64,000 bases of DNA from Escherichia coli (GTDB taxonomy: Bacteria > Pseudomonadota > Gammaproteobacteria > Enterobacterales > Enterobacteriaceae). A model generated the notes under the pieces. That model saw nothing but the letters and a program-made list of their open reading frames with translations, did no database searches and was not told where the DNA came from. This document shows positions 48,554 to 58,789 of this stretch, piece by piece. The stretch's first letter is position 1. Every line of letters starts with the position of its first letter. The position numbers and the translations under genes were made by a program. Where the stretch lies: assembly GCF_030384885.1 (NCBI RefSeq), contig NZ_CP128615.1. One strand, 5' to 3'.

Positions 48554-51500
48554 TTACTTAATTCTTACTCGGTCGCCAGCTTTGACCGCAGCAATCAGCT
48601 GCTCTCTTAAAGCGGCAAGATAGGCATCAACTTCGGCTTCACTTTCAATGAATCCGGTTGTTACTGACTTAGCCATGGCATCGGTTGAGTTAATCGTTAC
48701 GGTACGTTTTGCAACCGGCTGTGGCTGCACTGGTTCAGAGGCTGGCTCAGGTGCTGGAGCTGCTTTACCGGCTTTCGCTGCTTCCTCTTCGCGTGTCTGC
48801 TGTTCGAGTTCACGACGTCTTTGCTCAGCTTCAGCTTTTTTGCGTTGATCTTCGATAAAGCCATTCAGCAACTCATAGGCTTCGTCCTCGTAACCTTCCG
48901 CTTCAGTTTGCTCACTGATAATTTGTGGTATTGAAGAGGTCGCTTCAATACGCTGTCTGCACATTTGTAACGGGCGCAGTGCTTGGTTCTGTAATTCAGA
49001 CGGTGCATGAGCTTCAGCTAGCGCTTCTTTTACACGTCCGATGCGCAGATCAACACGCTCTAAGGCATGAGTGCGTTTTTCTTCAACCAATGTTGAGTTA
49101 ATTTTTGCCACCTGCTCGATAAGCGGATTAATGTGGCGCAGCTGCTCATACGGCGAGGGCATATTGTAAATGCGTTCTAATTCAGTGAGCGCTTTTAATG
49201 CTTCACTGTCTTTTTCTAACGCAGGTCTATTGGCCTTAAACTTCTCGTTCAATGCGCCAGCAAGGGCTTGCCAAGTTTGAAATTGGCTATTGTAGAAGTC
49301 ATCAAGATCCTCAAAGTCCTCAGCAAACTCTTCAAGGGCATCAGCGTTTTCTAAGAATCGGGTGATAAGAGCGAAGCTTGAAGTTTGCTCAAGAATACCC
49401 GCGACCAATGCAAGACCATCGTCAATTTGAGATTTACCTGGGAAATGGCCTGTCTGTGACTTGGTTCTGAATGATTTAAGCTCTTCATTCCAAGCCAGTA
49501 ATTCATCGCGCACTAATTCGTAGAGCTCCTTTTCACCAGAGCCGGTAAAGGTTTTTGAAAAGATCTCTTTAACAAGACCAGCAGCCTTTTTGATTTGGCG
49601 CTCGTCATGTTGCCTGATTTTATGTACACGGATCTCACCGCGTTTACGCACGCTGGTAAACGGCTCGTAAGCTTTTTTCAACGCCAGATCTGTGCCCTGG
49701 GTACTAAAAGATAACTTTCCAGCCAAGCCCAGCCTTGCAGTGAGCAATAAGATTTCATTGTCTGGCCAGCCATACGGGCGCTTGCCGAAGTGGGCAACGA
49801 TGTCACGTAAGTAAACAGGCTCATTACGCTCGACTTTTAGCGTTACGTACTGCTCAACCTCACGCGTAGCTTCTGGGTTACATTCATCCGCTTGAAGATC
49901 CAGTCCAATCTGAGCAATATCATCAGCAACAAGTACGGCCTGTAGCTCACGCAAAACTTCACCAGGCGTCGCCTTGAGCATGTTCAATTTAGCGAAGGTG
50001 TTTTCGATAACGTATTTGTATGCTTCTTCGACGATGGCACTTGGCGTTGCTGATTTCTTCGGTAGTTTTGTGCCGATAGCGTAAACGTCAGCCTCTGCAA
50101 ACAAAGCTTCAAAATCCGTTCTTAAGCGTTTTTCACGCTCAATATTTTCCATCTGCTTTTCGCGGAGAAGGTGTTCTTGCTCTGGTCGCTGTCCTGAATT
50201 TTGTTTTAAGAATCGGTCAGTTTTTATAAAGGTTGTCAGGTCATCCCAAAGACGTTTATGTTCGCCCAGCTTGACGAGCACGCACCCATCAGCCTCAAGC
50301 GTATGATTGATGCAGGCTTGATCGTGGGAGTAATTTTCAAAGTGCGAATCCAAAGGTGAAATGACTTTAATGACTAGATCTTCCAGCGTGGTGCCATCTT
50401 TTGGATGACCATTGCAAAAACGGCTCACCGCAAAGTCTTGCTTATTAATCGGGTATCGATAGGCACGATTACCTTTCAAAATACCGTCAAATACGATTGC
50501 TGAAAGCTTGTTAGAGACCTCTGACATTTCAACGTCAGTGTGGCGGATCTCGTTTTCAATCTCTTTTTCTTCGTTGGTCAGGAAGATAAATTCATCACCA
50601 TTACGCGCAATCAGCAATTGGCGTTCAAGACGATTCAAGCTCTCTTCAATTTGTTTACGCAGCGCAATTTTATCTGCATCGATTCGATCAATTGACAGCG
50701 TCACAAGGTTGTCTAGTGTGCTTTTGACAACGTCCACATAACGGATCAAGAAAAGAGTTTTTAGAATCTTGCCATCGAATTCTGTTAAGGAATCCAACTC
50801 ACAGGCTTGGTCAATCGTTCGCTTAACCGCTGGCTCCAAAAAGCTTTCAATCGGTGCATAGAAACTGTAAAACGGGATTAACACATCAAGGCCAGAGTCC
50901 TTCATCTGTTTTGCAGCTGATTGGAAAGCATCAAGTAATGAACGCTCACCCATGGCTAAGTGCTTACCCGTCGCGCCTTTTGTTCGAATTGACTCAAACA
51001 CTTTTTGAACCAGCGTGTAGTGGTAAGGCACAAACGGATAGTTGTCCACGAAAGACGGAGCGTCGGTGTAGCCCTTTAGAGACGCAGTTGTCGTTTTATC
51101 AAATGTCAGCTGGTTACGAAGAATGTCGCCCTTTTCAGCAAACACATCGATGAGGTGTGTACGAGCTTCTTCCGTTTTGGACAACAAACGCTTTTGAATA
51201 ACTTCCGAGGTATTCGAGCTCGACAGCTGCAAGCGGGTACTAAAACGCCCTTGAATTTTAGAGAAGTCCTCGCCATCGCGCTTATCCATACCACCAATGG
51301 CAGCATCAATGTCTGCCTGAGAGGTAACAACGACCCAAGCTCTGCCACCACAATATGTGCCAAGATCTTCAGTAATGGTCTGAAGCTTCAACATCATTTG
51401 TGTGTTCTTACCGATAAACTGACCGACTTCATCGACTAAGAAAAGAAGGTTACGATCTCCAGTTCGATCTAAGTATTCATTAACCCACTTACAGAAGTTT

Positions 51501-52231
51501 CGGATATCTAGCGGGAAATTGTTTTCAACCTGTTCAACCCACGCTTTGGCAGACTCTAATGATTGCTCACTGGCATGAGCGAGTGCTTCTGAAAGTTCGT
51601 CTCGATAGAAGTCATAGGCGTCACGCTCCTTTTCCCAAGTTGATTGAGTCAACTCAGCAAATTTGTCCTTGAAAGACATGTATTGATTACGCTTATCAAG
51701 CTCGCGTTCTAAATGCGCAATGTGAGGAAAATCAGCGCAGTATCCTACACGCTCATTAAAGACTTTGAGGAAGACCTTAAGAATGGCATTTTCTCGGTCA
51801 TCCGTATTGGCTCGTGAATCGATGTTAAAAAGAATAACATCAGTGTCTTTGGTAACAGCGTTTTGGATATCGGCCAACAGCATGGCATCGTTGATTTTGT
51901 CTTTAAAAAACTCAAATGCTTGACGGCCTTGGCCATCCTTTTCGACAGACTTATTTTCGAGGAGGTAAGACAAAATTTTCAGGAAGTGAGACTTACCCGA
52001 ACCAAAGAAGCCAGAGATCCACACACCAATTTTTCCTGACATTGATGCGCCACTTTGCGTCACAGATGGAACGTAAGCCTCAAAGAAAGCGCGAAAATGT
52101 CGATCTAGCTCTCGGGTTACAACATACTCATCAAGTTCGACATACACACTGTCATTGTCTTTCTGTTCCGCTTTAACAACGCCGTTAATATCACGCGTCA
52201 ACTTCTTGGAAAAAATCTGTTCAATTTTCAT
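48554..52231 (-). CDS. brxC: BrxC (large BREX P-loop ATPase)
   Basis: 1225-aa ORF with Walker A GFFGSGKSHFLK. Confidence 0.85.
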   Translation of the reverse strand: MKIEQIFSKKLTRDINGVVKAEQKDNDSVYVELDEYVVTRELDRHFRAFFEAYVPSVTQSGASMSGKIGVWISGFFGSGKSHFLKILSYLLENKSVEKDGQGRQAFEFFKDKINDAMLLADIQNAVTKDTDVILFNIDSRANTDDRENAILKVFLKVFNERVGYCADFPHIAHLERELDKRNQYMSFKDKFAELTQSTWEKERDAYDFYRDELSEALAHASEQSLESAKAWVEQVENNFPLDIRNFCKWVNEYLDRTGDRNLLFLVDEVGQFIGKNTQMMLKLQTITEDLGTYCGGRAWVVVTSQADIDAAIGGMDKRDGEDFSKIQGRFSTRLQLSSSNTSEVIQKRLLSKTEEARTHLIDVFAEKGDILRNQLTFDKTTTASLKGYTDAPSFVDNYPFVPYHYTLVQKVFESIRTKGATGKHLAMGERSLLDAFQSAAKQMKDSGLDVLIPFYSFYAPIESFLEPAVKRTIDQACELDSLTEFDGKILKTLFLIRYVDVVKSTLDNLVTLSIDRIDADKIALRKQIEESLNRLERQLLIARNGDEFIFLTNEEKEIENEIRHTDVEMSEVSNKLSAIVFDGILKGNRAYRYPINKQDFAVSRFCNGHPKDGTTLEDLVIKVISPLDSHFENYSHDQACINHTLEADGCVLVKLGEHKRLWDDLTTFIKTDRFLKQNSGQRPEQEHLLREKQMENIEREKRLRTDFEALFAEADVYAIGTKLPKKSATPSAIVEEAYKYVIENTFAKLNMLKATPGEVLRELQAVLVADDIAQIGLDLQADECNPEATREVEQYVTLKVERNEPVYLRDIVAHFGKRPYGWPDNEILLLTARLGLAGKLSFSTQGTDLALKKAYEPFTSVRKRGEIRVHKIRQHDERQIKKAAGLVKEIFSKTFTGSGEKELYELVRDELLAWNEELKSFRTKSQTGHFPGKSQIDDGLALVAGILEQTSSFALITRFLENADALEEFAEDFEDLDDFYNSQFQTWQALAGALNEKFKANRPALEKDSEALKALTELERIYNMPSPYEQLRHINPLIEQVAKINSTLVEEKRTHALERVDLRIGRVKEALAEAHAPSELQNQALRPLQMCRQRIEATSSIPQIISEQTEAEGYEDEAYELLNGFIEDQRKKAEAEQRRRELEQQTREEEAAKAGKAAPAPEPASEPVQPQPVAKRTVTINSTDAMAKSVTTGFIESEAEVDAYLAALREQLIAAVKAGDRVRIK

Positions 52232-52249
52232 TCGGGAGGCTCCCTGCTC

Positions 52250-52843
52250 TTAATTTTTTTTACCGTCTTCAGGCACAAGCTTGAAGGCGCGATAGTAGTT
52301 TTTAGATTCGATCATGCCGAAAGGATGCAAATCCCTTCCGCTATATTCACCCGGATAGAAAAGCACTAATGGCGTGCTACCCATAACGTCTTGCAGAGCA
52401 CTAAGTAACTCATGTCCTCGGATAAGAGGCCACGCACTGCCTAAGCCTGACAGCAACACAAACTCAAGTTCTGATGGCTTATATTTGTCCGCGATATACC
52501 TTGCCACTTTCTCTTGGCTCAGAGGCCCGGCTAGTGTTTTTCGAAGGCCATCAACACCGACTTGCAATTCACGCTGGCAAGCTCGGTCGAAAAGGCCTCG
52601 CTCCTCAAGCATATCTATCAAGACTTCAAAAATATTGAGATGGACAAAGCGGTAACCACGCTTGTTGAGTTTTTCGTCAACGTGCTTAATGTGCTCTCGT
52701 ACAAGCAGTTCATACTTGGCTGGATAGTCAAATACCCAAAATCCAATTTCATTGCCCAAGCCATCGTTTTTCAAAAACTTAGGGCTTTCAATTCGTTCCA
52801 GTATCAGATCAAGCCTGGTCTGAAGAGCCTTCATATTGTGCAC
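52250..52843 (-). CDS. brxB: BrxB (DUF1788)
   Basis: 197-aa ORF between brxA and brxC; assignment by size and synteny. Confidence 0.7.
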   Translation of the reverse strand: MHNMKALQTRLDLILERIESPKFLKNDGLGNEIGFWVFDYPAKYELLVREHIKHVDEKLNKRGYRFVHLNIFEVLIDMLEERGLFDRACQRELQVGVDGLRKTLAGPLSQEKVARYIADKYKPSELEFVLLSGLGSAWPLIRGHELLSALQDVMGSTPLVLFYPGEYSGRDLHPFGMIESKNYYRAFKLVPEDGKKN

Positions 52844-53430
52844 TCCATTACCTCAATCAAATCTTCCCGGCCCAGACGAACTAACCAGTCTTTAACTTCT
52901 GGCATTAGGTAAACAGGTTGTATTTTCTTTGTCCTGCTATCACTCAGGTAGCCACTATCAACCAGTGCCTTAATTGCGTTGTTACCCATTTTTTTGACAG
53001 TTGAGTCAGAAAAACCGCCAAGCTCAGCATATGCCCGCACTCTCGTGTCATAAAACTCAGACCATGCATCAGCGGTTAAAGAGGGTTTATAGGTGCGACG
53101 AGCTTCGGCTAAGGTAAGTCGCATAAAATAAGCGACAACCGGAGAATGAATGAGTAATGACATCATCAGCATTTGGACATAGGCACGTTCACTCGCGGCT
53201 AAAAGATCAGTCATAAACTCATCACCCAGGCCTTCAATACGCCAACGGATTGTTCTGGCATAACGAATAGCCGTCTGACCGGATTTTTTCTGAAGAACAT
53301 TTTGCTCAACGATCAGCGACTTCCACTCATCTTCTGGAAGTTTTTTCAATAGCGATTCTGCGATTATTCTAGATTCAGTTATCAATAAACTGCCTCCGAT
53401 AAGATCGCCTAAATATTCTTTTATATTCAT
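52831..53430 (-). CDS. brxA: BrxA (DUF1819)
   Basis: 199-aa ORF, first structural BREX gene; 13-bp overlap with brxB. Confidence 0.7.
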   Translation of the reverse strand: MNIKEYLGDLIGGSLLITESRIIAESLLKKLPEDEWKSLIVEQNVLQKKSGQTAIRYARTIRWRIEGLGDEFMTDLLAASERAYVQMLMMSLLIHSPVVAYFMRLTLAEARRTYKPSLTADAWSEFYDTRVRAYAELGGFSDSTVKKMGNNAIKALVDSGYLSDSRTKKIQPVYLMPEVKDWLVRLGREDLIEVMECTI

Positions 53431-53439
53431 AAATTCATC

Positions 53440-54366
53440 TCACGATTCGCTATATCCAGGAGCGAGTGCAGCATTGTCAACGCCGTATAGTGCTTCTGGA
53501 TTTTTAAGTGCTAAATGGAACTCTCGCCCATTGCTCTTACAATTCTTTGAACAATCGATATTCCATAAACGCAGTAAATATCCAGCGAACGCAGCTCTTA
53601 TCTCTACACGCAACCTATTGTTTTCCATTGCGTAGTCCATCGATACAGCTTCTGGATGTGCTAGTTTTGGATGAGGTATCAGCTCTAGCTCAACGATTCG
53701 GTTCCATTGCTTATCCCACTGAAGAGTCTCAACTTCGTCGTTAACCTCATCCTCTAACAACTCAACTTCACTTATTCTGGTTAAAACAAAATCCCTAAAT
53801 TCTCTAAGCTTTCTATCGAATGCTCGGACATGCCATCTCAAGCCATTGTCAATCAGGGTATGAGGAACTATTTGCCTGCTCCCATGACCACTCGACAATG
53901 AGGTGTACTCAATATTAATCACAGCGCGCTTATGTATGGCTTCACTAATAGCCGCTACAACTTCCAATTTCGGCTTATTGAGATGGAATGGTGCTTCACA
54001 AGCCATAGGTGGCCTGGCCTTGCCAAGAAAGCCATCACCGAACCCTTGGCTTATCGTCGCAAGAGTTCGAACAACGTCATAATCAAACAACGGCTGGAAT
54101 GCGCTCGTCTTCAAGTGCACTCTGCGCTTTTCGTCATACATAACGTTGTTAGGAGCCAACTCTTTGTACCGCGCAAAATCTTGTGTTGCCACAGACGGCG
54201 CTACGCTAAATCGCTCGGTTAAATAACTACGCCCAGCTTCACCTTTAAATAACAAAGTGAAATCAATATGAGCGAGTCGTTCTCTCTGTGCTTGGCTAAG
54301 CTCTTCAAGTCCAGTGTTGTCTTGCACTGTCAGCCTCTCAATCCATCTGGGACAAGCCCTAATCAT
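53440..54366 (-). CDS. brxR: BrxR-like regulator (wHTH-WYL type)
   Basis: 308-aa ORF immediately upstream of brxA, same strand; assignment by position and size. Confidence 0.6.
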   Translation of the reverse strand: MIRACPRWIERLTVQDNTGLEELSQAQRERLAHIDFTLLFKGEAGRSYLTERFSVAPSVATQDFARYKELAPNNVMYDEKRRVHLKTSAFQPLFDYDVVRTLATISQGFGDGFLGKARPPMACEAPFHLNKPKLEVVAAISEAIHKRAVINIEYTSLSSGHGSRQIVPHTLIDNGLRWHVRAFDRKLREFRDFVLTRISEVELLEDEVNDEVETLQWDKQWNRIVELELIPHPKLAHPEAVSMDYAMENNRLRVEIRAAFAGYLLRLWNIDCSKNCKSNGREFHLALKNPEALYGVDNAALAPGYSES

Positions 54367-54685
54367 TTAAAACTAGGAAGCCATCGATTGAATGCCATCA
54401 AGCAACCTACTTTTTTTCATTAGGTATCATAGTATCAACAAGTCGTCTTGTTGGCTATAAAAATTGGCTTGACGTTGTTCGAATGTTTCTTTTCTGGCCT
54501 TGATAGAAGCTCACGCTGGAATGCCAACTGACGCAATTCATTCTCTCGAACACGCCTAGCAACTTCTGCCTGGGCTGGTAGCTGATCTTGACCCTCCATC
54601 TCCGAACAGCTTTTGTATCTTAAGTTAACGATGTCCGCTGCCGCCGGTATTCCCTCGGGGAGTGATATCCCAGCGCGCTGTGCGG

Positions 54686-54961
54686 GTGGCTTCCATTTCC
54701 ATCAGATGTCCTTCCTGCTCCGCTACTGAAGGCGTGGTGCGTAACGGCAAAAGCACTGCCGGACATCAGCGCTATCTCTGCTCTCACTGCCGTAAAACAT
54801 GGCAACTACAGTTCACTTACACCGCCTCTCAGCCCGGTACGCACCAGAAAATCATTGATATGGCCATGAATGGCGTTGGATGCCGGGCAACCGCCCGCAT
54901 TATGGGCGTTGGCCTCAACACGATTTTACGTCACTTAAAAAACTCAGACCGCAGTCGGTAA
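54686..54961 (+). CDS. insA: IS1 InsA (GTG start)
   Basis: [43 protein letters not shown]... Confidence 0.8.
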   Translation: MASISIRCPSCSATEGVVRNGKSTAGHQRYLCSHCRKTWQLQFTYTASQPGTHQKIIDMAMNGVGCRATARIMGVGLNTILRHLKNSDRSR

Positions 54962-55383
54962 CCTCACGCATACAACCGGGCAGTGACGTCATTGTTTGCG
55001 CGGAAATGGACGAACAGTGGGGTTATGTCGGCGCTAAATCACGCCAGCGCTGGTTGTTTTACGCGTATGACAGGATACGGAGGACGGTTGTGGCGCACGT
55101 ATTCGGTGAACGCACGTTGTCCACGCTGGAGCGTCTTCTGGGCCTGCTGTCGGCCTTTGAGGTCGTGGTATGGATGACGGATGGCTGGCCGCTTTATGAA
55201 TCACGCCTGAAGGGAGAACTGCACGTTATCAGCAAGCGATATAAGCAGCGCATTGAGCGGCATAACCTGAATCTGAGGCAGCATCTGTCAAGGCTGGGCA
55301 GGAAGTCACTGTCGTTCTCAAAATCGGTGGCGCTGCATGACAAAGTCATCGGGCATTATCTGAACATAAAACACTATCAGTAA
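54880..55383 (+). CDS. insB: IS1 InsB (expressed as InsAB' by frameshift)
   Basis: Overlaps insA in the -1 frame; 167-aa ORF. Confidence 0.8.
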   Translation: MPGNRPHYGRWPQHDFTSLKKLRPQSVTSRIQPGSDVIVCAEMDEQWGYVGAKSRQRWLFYAYDRIRRTVVAHVFGERTLSTLERLLGLLSAFEVVVWMTDGWPLYESRLKGELHVISKRYKQRIERHNLNLRQHLSRLGRKSLSFSKSVALHDKVIGHYLNIKHYQ

Positions 55384-55590
55384 GTTGGAGTCATTACCTT
55401 CTTTGCCGCCGGACATTGTCCGGCGCAACACCAAACCGGTCTGGCGGGCTGAGCCAATCCCGCAGGCAAATTCAGCCCTTACCGGATGGCTCAGCCCCCT
55501 ACTCATTGGAATTGGATATTCAACTTTCAGGGGCTACTGCGCCAGACTTCAGTCTTTAAAGTGATTGACTTAGCGCCTGGCACACTCAAT

Positions 55591-55902
55591 TTATTTAGGT
55601 AGCGGGCCTAATTGCACCCCATCAGGATAATACTTCCAGCCATCGCGAATTTTGACATTTTCATCCCACGGAAGTTTGTATTCGCCATTGGCAAGATCGC
55701 GCACCCAGGTCAGGTAATTCTCGCGTTCGCCTCCCGGTTTGCCGACATAGCCCCGGCAGCCAAGGTTGAAAATATTGTTTTCCAACGCCCAGTTTTCACG
55801 CGCTTTATCCACCAGGCGCGGGAACAGCTCTGCGGTAACAATTTCCCATGGGTTGCGGTGCCCCTGCTGAATGACGTTACCGTCATAATTGCAGACCGTA
55901 CC
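55591..55902 (-). pseudogene. C-terminal remnant of an unknown gene truncated by IS903
   Basis: ORF runs into the IS903 left inverted repeat at 55903 with no start. Confidence 0.4.
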
Positions 55903-56959
55903 GGCTTTGTTGAATAAATCGAACTTTTGCTGAGTTGAAGGATCAGATCACGCATCCTCCCGACAACACAGACCATTCCGTGGCAAAGCAAAAGTTCAGA
56001 ATCACCAACTGGTCCACCTACAACAAAGCTCTCATCAACCGTGGCTCCCTCACTTTCTGGCTGGATGATGGGGCGATTCAGGCCTGGTATGAGTCGGCAA
56101 CGCCTTCATCACGGGGAAGGCCCCAGCGCTATTCTGACCTTGCCATCACGACTGTGCTGGTCATTAAACGCGTATTCAGGCTGACCCTGCGCGCTGCGCA
56201 GGGCTTTATTGATTCCATTTTTACACTGATGAATGTTCCGTTGCGCTGCCCGGATTACAGCTGTGTCAGCAGGCGGGCAAAGTCGGTTAACGTCAGTTTC
56301 AAAACGTTCACCCGGGGTGAAATCGCGCATCTGGTGATTGATTCCACCGGGCTGAAGGTCTTTGGTGAAGGCGAGTGGAAAGTCAAAAAGCATGGCCAGG
56401 AACGCCGTCGTATATGGCGAAAGTTGCATCTGGCAGTTGACAGCAACACACATGAAATCATCTGTGCAGACCTGTCGCTGAACAATGTGACGGACTCAGA
56501 AGCCTTCCCGGGTCTTATCCGGCAGACTCACAGAAAAATCAGGGCAGCATCGGCAGACGGCGCTTACGACACCCGGCTCTGTCACGATGAACTGCGGCGT
56601 AAGAAAATCAGCGCGCTTATCCCTCCCCGAAAAGGTGCGGGTTACTGGCCCGGTGAATATGCAGACCGTAACCGTGCAGTGGCTAATCAGCGAATGACCG
56701 GGAGTAATGCGCGGTGGAAATGGACAACAGATTACAACCGTCGCTCGATAGCGGAAACGGCGATGTACCGGGTAAAACAGCTGTTCGGGGGTTCACTGAC
56801 GCTGCGTGACTACGATGGTCAGGTTGCGGAGGCTATGGCCCTGGTACGAGCGCTGAACAAAATGACGAAAGCAGGTATGCCTGAAAGCGTGCGTATTGCC
56901 TGAAAACACAACCCGCTACGGGGGAGACTTACCCGAAATCTGATTTATTCAACAAAGCC
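55903..56959 (+). mobile_element. IS903-group insertion sequence (1057 bp), no target duplication
   Basis: 18-bp terminal repeats GGCTTTGTTGAATAAATC at 55903 and inverted at 56942-56959; flanks GACCGTACC versus AGATGGAAT. Confidence 0.85.
55935..56903 (+). CDS. IS903-group (IS5-family) DDE transposase
   Basis: Sequence recognised as IS903/IS102-type transposase; canonical start may be further downstream. Confidence 0.85.
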   Translation: MKDQITHPPDNTDHSVAKQKFRITNWSTYNKALINRGSLTFWLDDGAIQAWYESATPSSRGRPQRYSDLAITTVLVIKRVFRLTLRAAQGFIDSIFTLMNVPLRCPDYSCVSRRAKSVNVSFKTFTRGEIAHLVIDSTGLKVFGEGEWKVKKHGQERRRIWRKLHLAVDSNTHEIICADLSLNNVTDSEAFPGLIRQTHRKIRAASADGAYDTRLCHDELRRKKISALIPPRKGAGYWPGEYADRNRAVANQRMTGSNARWKWTTDYNRRSIAETAMYRVKQLFGGSLTLRDYDGQVAEAMALVRALNKMTKAGMPESVRIA

Positions 56960-57040
56960 AGATGGAATAGCCCCGCTCGGTGATTTGGCGGACAGCTTCT
57001 TCCTTAAATTCAGGGGTAAAACGTGGTGTGCCCATAGACT
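56960..57040 (-). mobile_element. About 80-bp fragment of an IS3-family orfA 5' region, inverted relative to 35703-35785
   Basis: Reverse complement closely matches AGTCTATGGGCACATCACGTTTTACCCCTGAATTTAAGGAAGAGGCCGTCCGCCAGATCACCGAGCGGGGCTATTC. Confidence 0.55.
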
Positions 57041-57041
57041 A

Positions 57042-57624
57042 TGACCTGCTCCCCGTTGATTAGTACACCCCGATGTTAGTAATGTCTTCATAAGCCACAT
57101 GAGGACATCCCCATGAAGAAGCGTTTTTCCGACGAACAGATCATCAGTATTCTCCGCGAAGCCGAAGCTGGGGTACCCGCCCGTGAACTCTGCCGCAAGC
57201 ATGCCATTTCCGATGCCACGTTTTACACCTGGCGTAAGAAGTATGGCGGTATGGAGGTGCCTGAAGTTAAGCGCCTGAAGTCGCTTGAGGAAGAGAACGC
57301 CAGACTCAAGAAGCTGCTTGCCGAAGCCATGCTGGATAAAGAGGCGCTTCAGGTGGCTCTTGGGCGAAAGTACTGACGACAGACCAGAAGCGGGAAGCCG
57401 TGATGCTGATGTGTGATGCGACCGGTCTGTCGCAACGTCGTGCCTGCAGGCTTACAGGTTTGTCCCTGTCGACCTGCCGCTATGAGGCTCACCGTCCGGC
57501 TGCTGATGCGCATTTATCAGGGCGCATCACTGAGCTGGCACTGGAGCGCAGGCGTTTTGGCTACCGTCGTATTTGGCAATTGCTGCGCCGTGAAGGGCTT
57601 CATGTTAATCATAAGCGCGTGTAG
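57042..57624 (+). mobile_element. Truncated IS3-family (IS407-group-like) element: intact orfA, orfB cut off
   Basis: Left end begins TGACCTGC; orfA 57113-57376; orfB fragment 57400-57624 ends abruptly. Confidence 0.6.
57113..57376 (+). CDS. IS3-family OrfA
   Basis: 87-aa HTH/leucine-zipper protein MKKRFSDEQIISILREAEAGVPARELCRKHAISDATFYTWRKKYGG. Confidence 0.7.
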   Translation: MKKRFSDEQIISILREAEAGVPARELCRKHAISDATFYTWRKKYGGMEVPEVKRLKSLEEENARLKKLLAEAMLDKEALQVALGRKY

Positions 57625-57873
57625 TGATGCGGACTACGACGTGCGTTTGGTCCAGGACTGCTGCTACGACCCGGATCGGGATGCCCACGAAGCTCTGTTG
57701 CGTTCCGGGTTCGGCGGACGTGTACAGGTCGTGTAATTTTCGGGCCTCGCATGATCGCGGCCATAGCCGCAGGTGGATTGGTGCGAGGCAGGGCCAGTCC
57801 AAGTCAGGGTGCGGTCATCGCGGCGCCTGCAACTCTCAAAAACCCATCGCCGTAGCGGAGGTCTTGTAATCGC

Positions 57874-58758
57874 ATGTCATTACGCACGCCCGATTTATTG
57901 TTCACAGCGATAGCACCTGCCATTTGGGGCAGCACCTACATTGTCACCACCCAATACCTGCCGAACTTCTCACCGATGACGGTCGCGATGCTGCGGGCGT
58001 TGCCGGCGGGTTTATTGCTCGTGATGATCGTCCGACAGATTCCAACGGGAATCTGGTGGATGCGCATCTTCATCCTCGGCGCACTTAATATTTCGCTATT
58101 CTGGAGCTTGTTGTTTATTTCGGTCTACCGCCTGCCGGGCGGGGTCGCGGCGACGGTAGGCGCTGTGCAGCCGCTGATGGTCGTGTTCATCTCTGCCGCT
58201 CTGCTAGGTAGCCCGATACGATTGATGGCGGTCCTGGGGGCTATTTGCGGAACTGCGGGCGTGGCGCTGTTGGTGTTGACACCAAACGCAGCGCTAGATC
58301 CTGTCGGCGTCGCAGCGGGCCTGGCGGGGGCGGTTTCCATGGCGTTCGGAACCGTGCTGACCCGCAAGTGGCAACCTCCCGTGCCTCTGCTCACCTTTAC
58401 CGCCTGGCAACTGGCGGCCGGAGGACTTCTGCTCGTTCCAGTAGCTTTAGTGTTTGATCCGCCAATCCCGATGCCTACAGGAACCAATGTTCTCGGCCTG
58501 GCGTGGCTCGGCCTGATCGGAGCGGGTTTAACCTACTTCCTTTGGTTCCGGGGGATCTCGCGACTCGAACCTACAGTTGTTTCCTTACTGGGCTTTCTCA
58601 GCCCGGGGACCGCCGTGTTGCTAGGATGGTTGTTCTTGGATCAGACGCTGAGTGCGCTTCAAATCATCGGCGTCCTGCTCGTGATCGGGAGTATCTGGCT
58701 GGGCCAACGTTCCAACCGCACTCCTAGGGCGCGTATAGCTTGCCGGAAGTCGCCTTGA
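57874..58758 (+). CDS. pecM: PecM-like EamA/DMT-family transporter (Tn1721 tet module)
   Basis: 294-aa polytopic membrane protein convergent with tetA. Confidence 0.85.
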   Translation: MSLRTPDLLFTAIAPAIWGSTYIVTTQYLPNFSPMTVAMLRALPAGLLLVMIVRQIPTGIWWMRIFILGALNISLFWSLLFISVYRLPGGVAATVGAVQPLMVVFISAALLGSPIRLMAVLGAICGTAGVALLVLTPNAALDPVGVAAGLAGAVSMAFGTVLTRKWQPPVPLLTFTAWQLAAGGLLLVPVALVFDPPIPMPTGTNVLGLAWLGLIGAGLTYFLWFRGISRLEPTVVSLLGFLSPGTAVLLGWLFLDQTLSALQIIGVLLVIGSIWLGQRSNRTPRARIACRKSP

Positions 58759-58789
58759 CCCGCATGGCATAGGCCTATCGTTTCCACGA

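Larger units (their letters stand above)
54680..55398 (+). mobile_element. IS1 lacking its left inverted repeat
   Basis: Right terminal repeat ATCAGTAAGTTGGAGTCATTACC ends at 55398; insA/insB present; the expected GGTGATGCTGCCAACTTACTGAT left end is absent upstream of insA. Confidence 0.8.
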
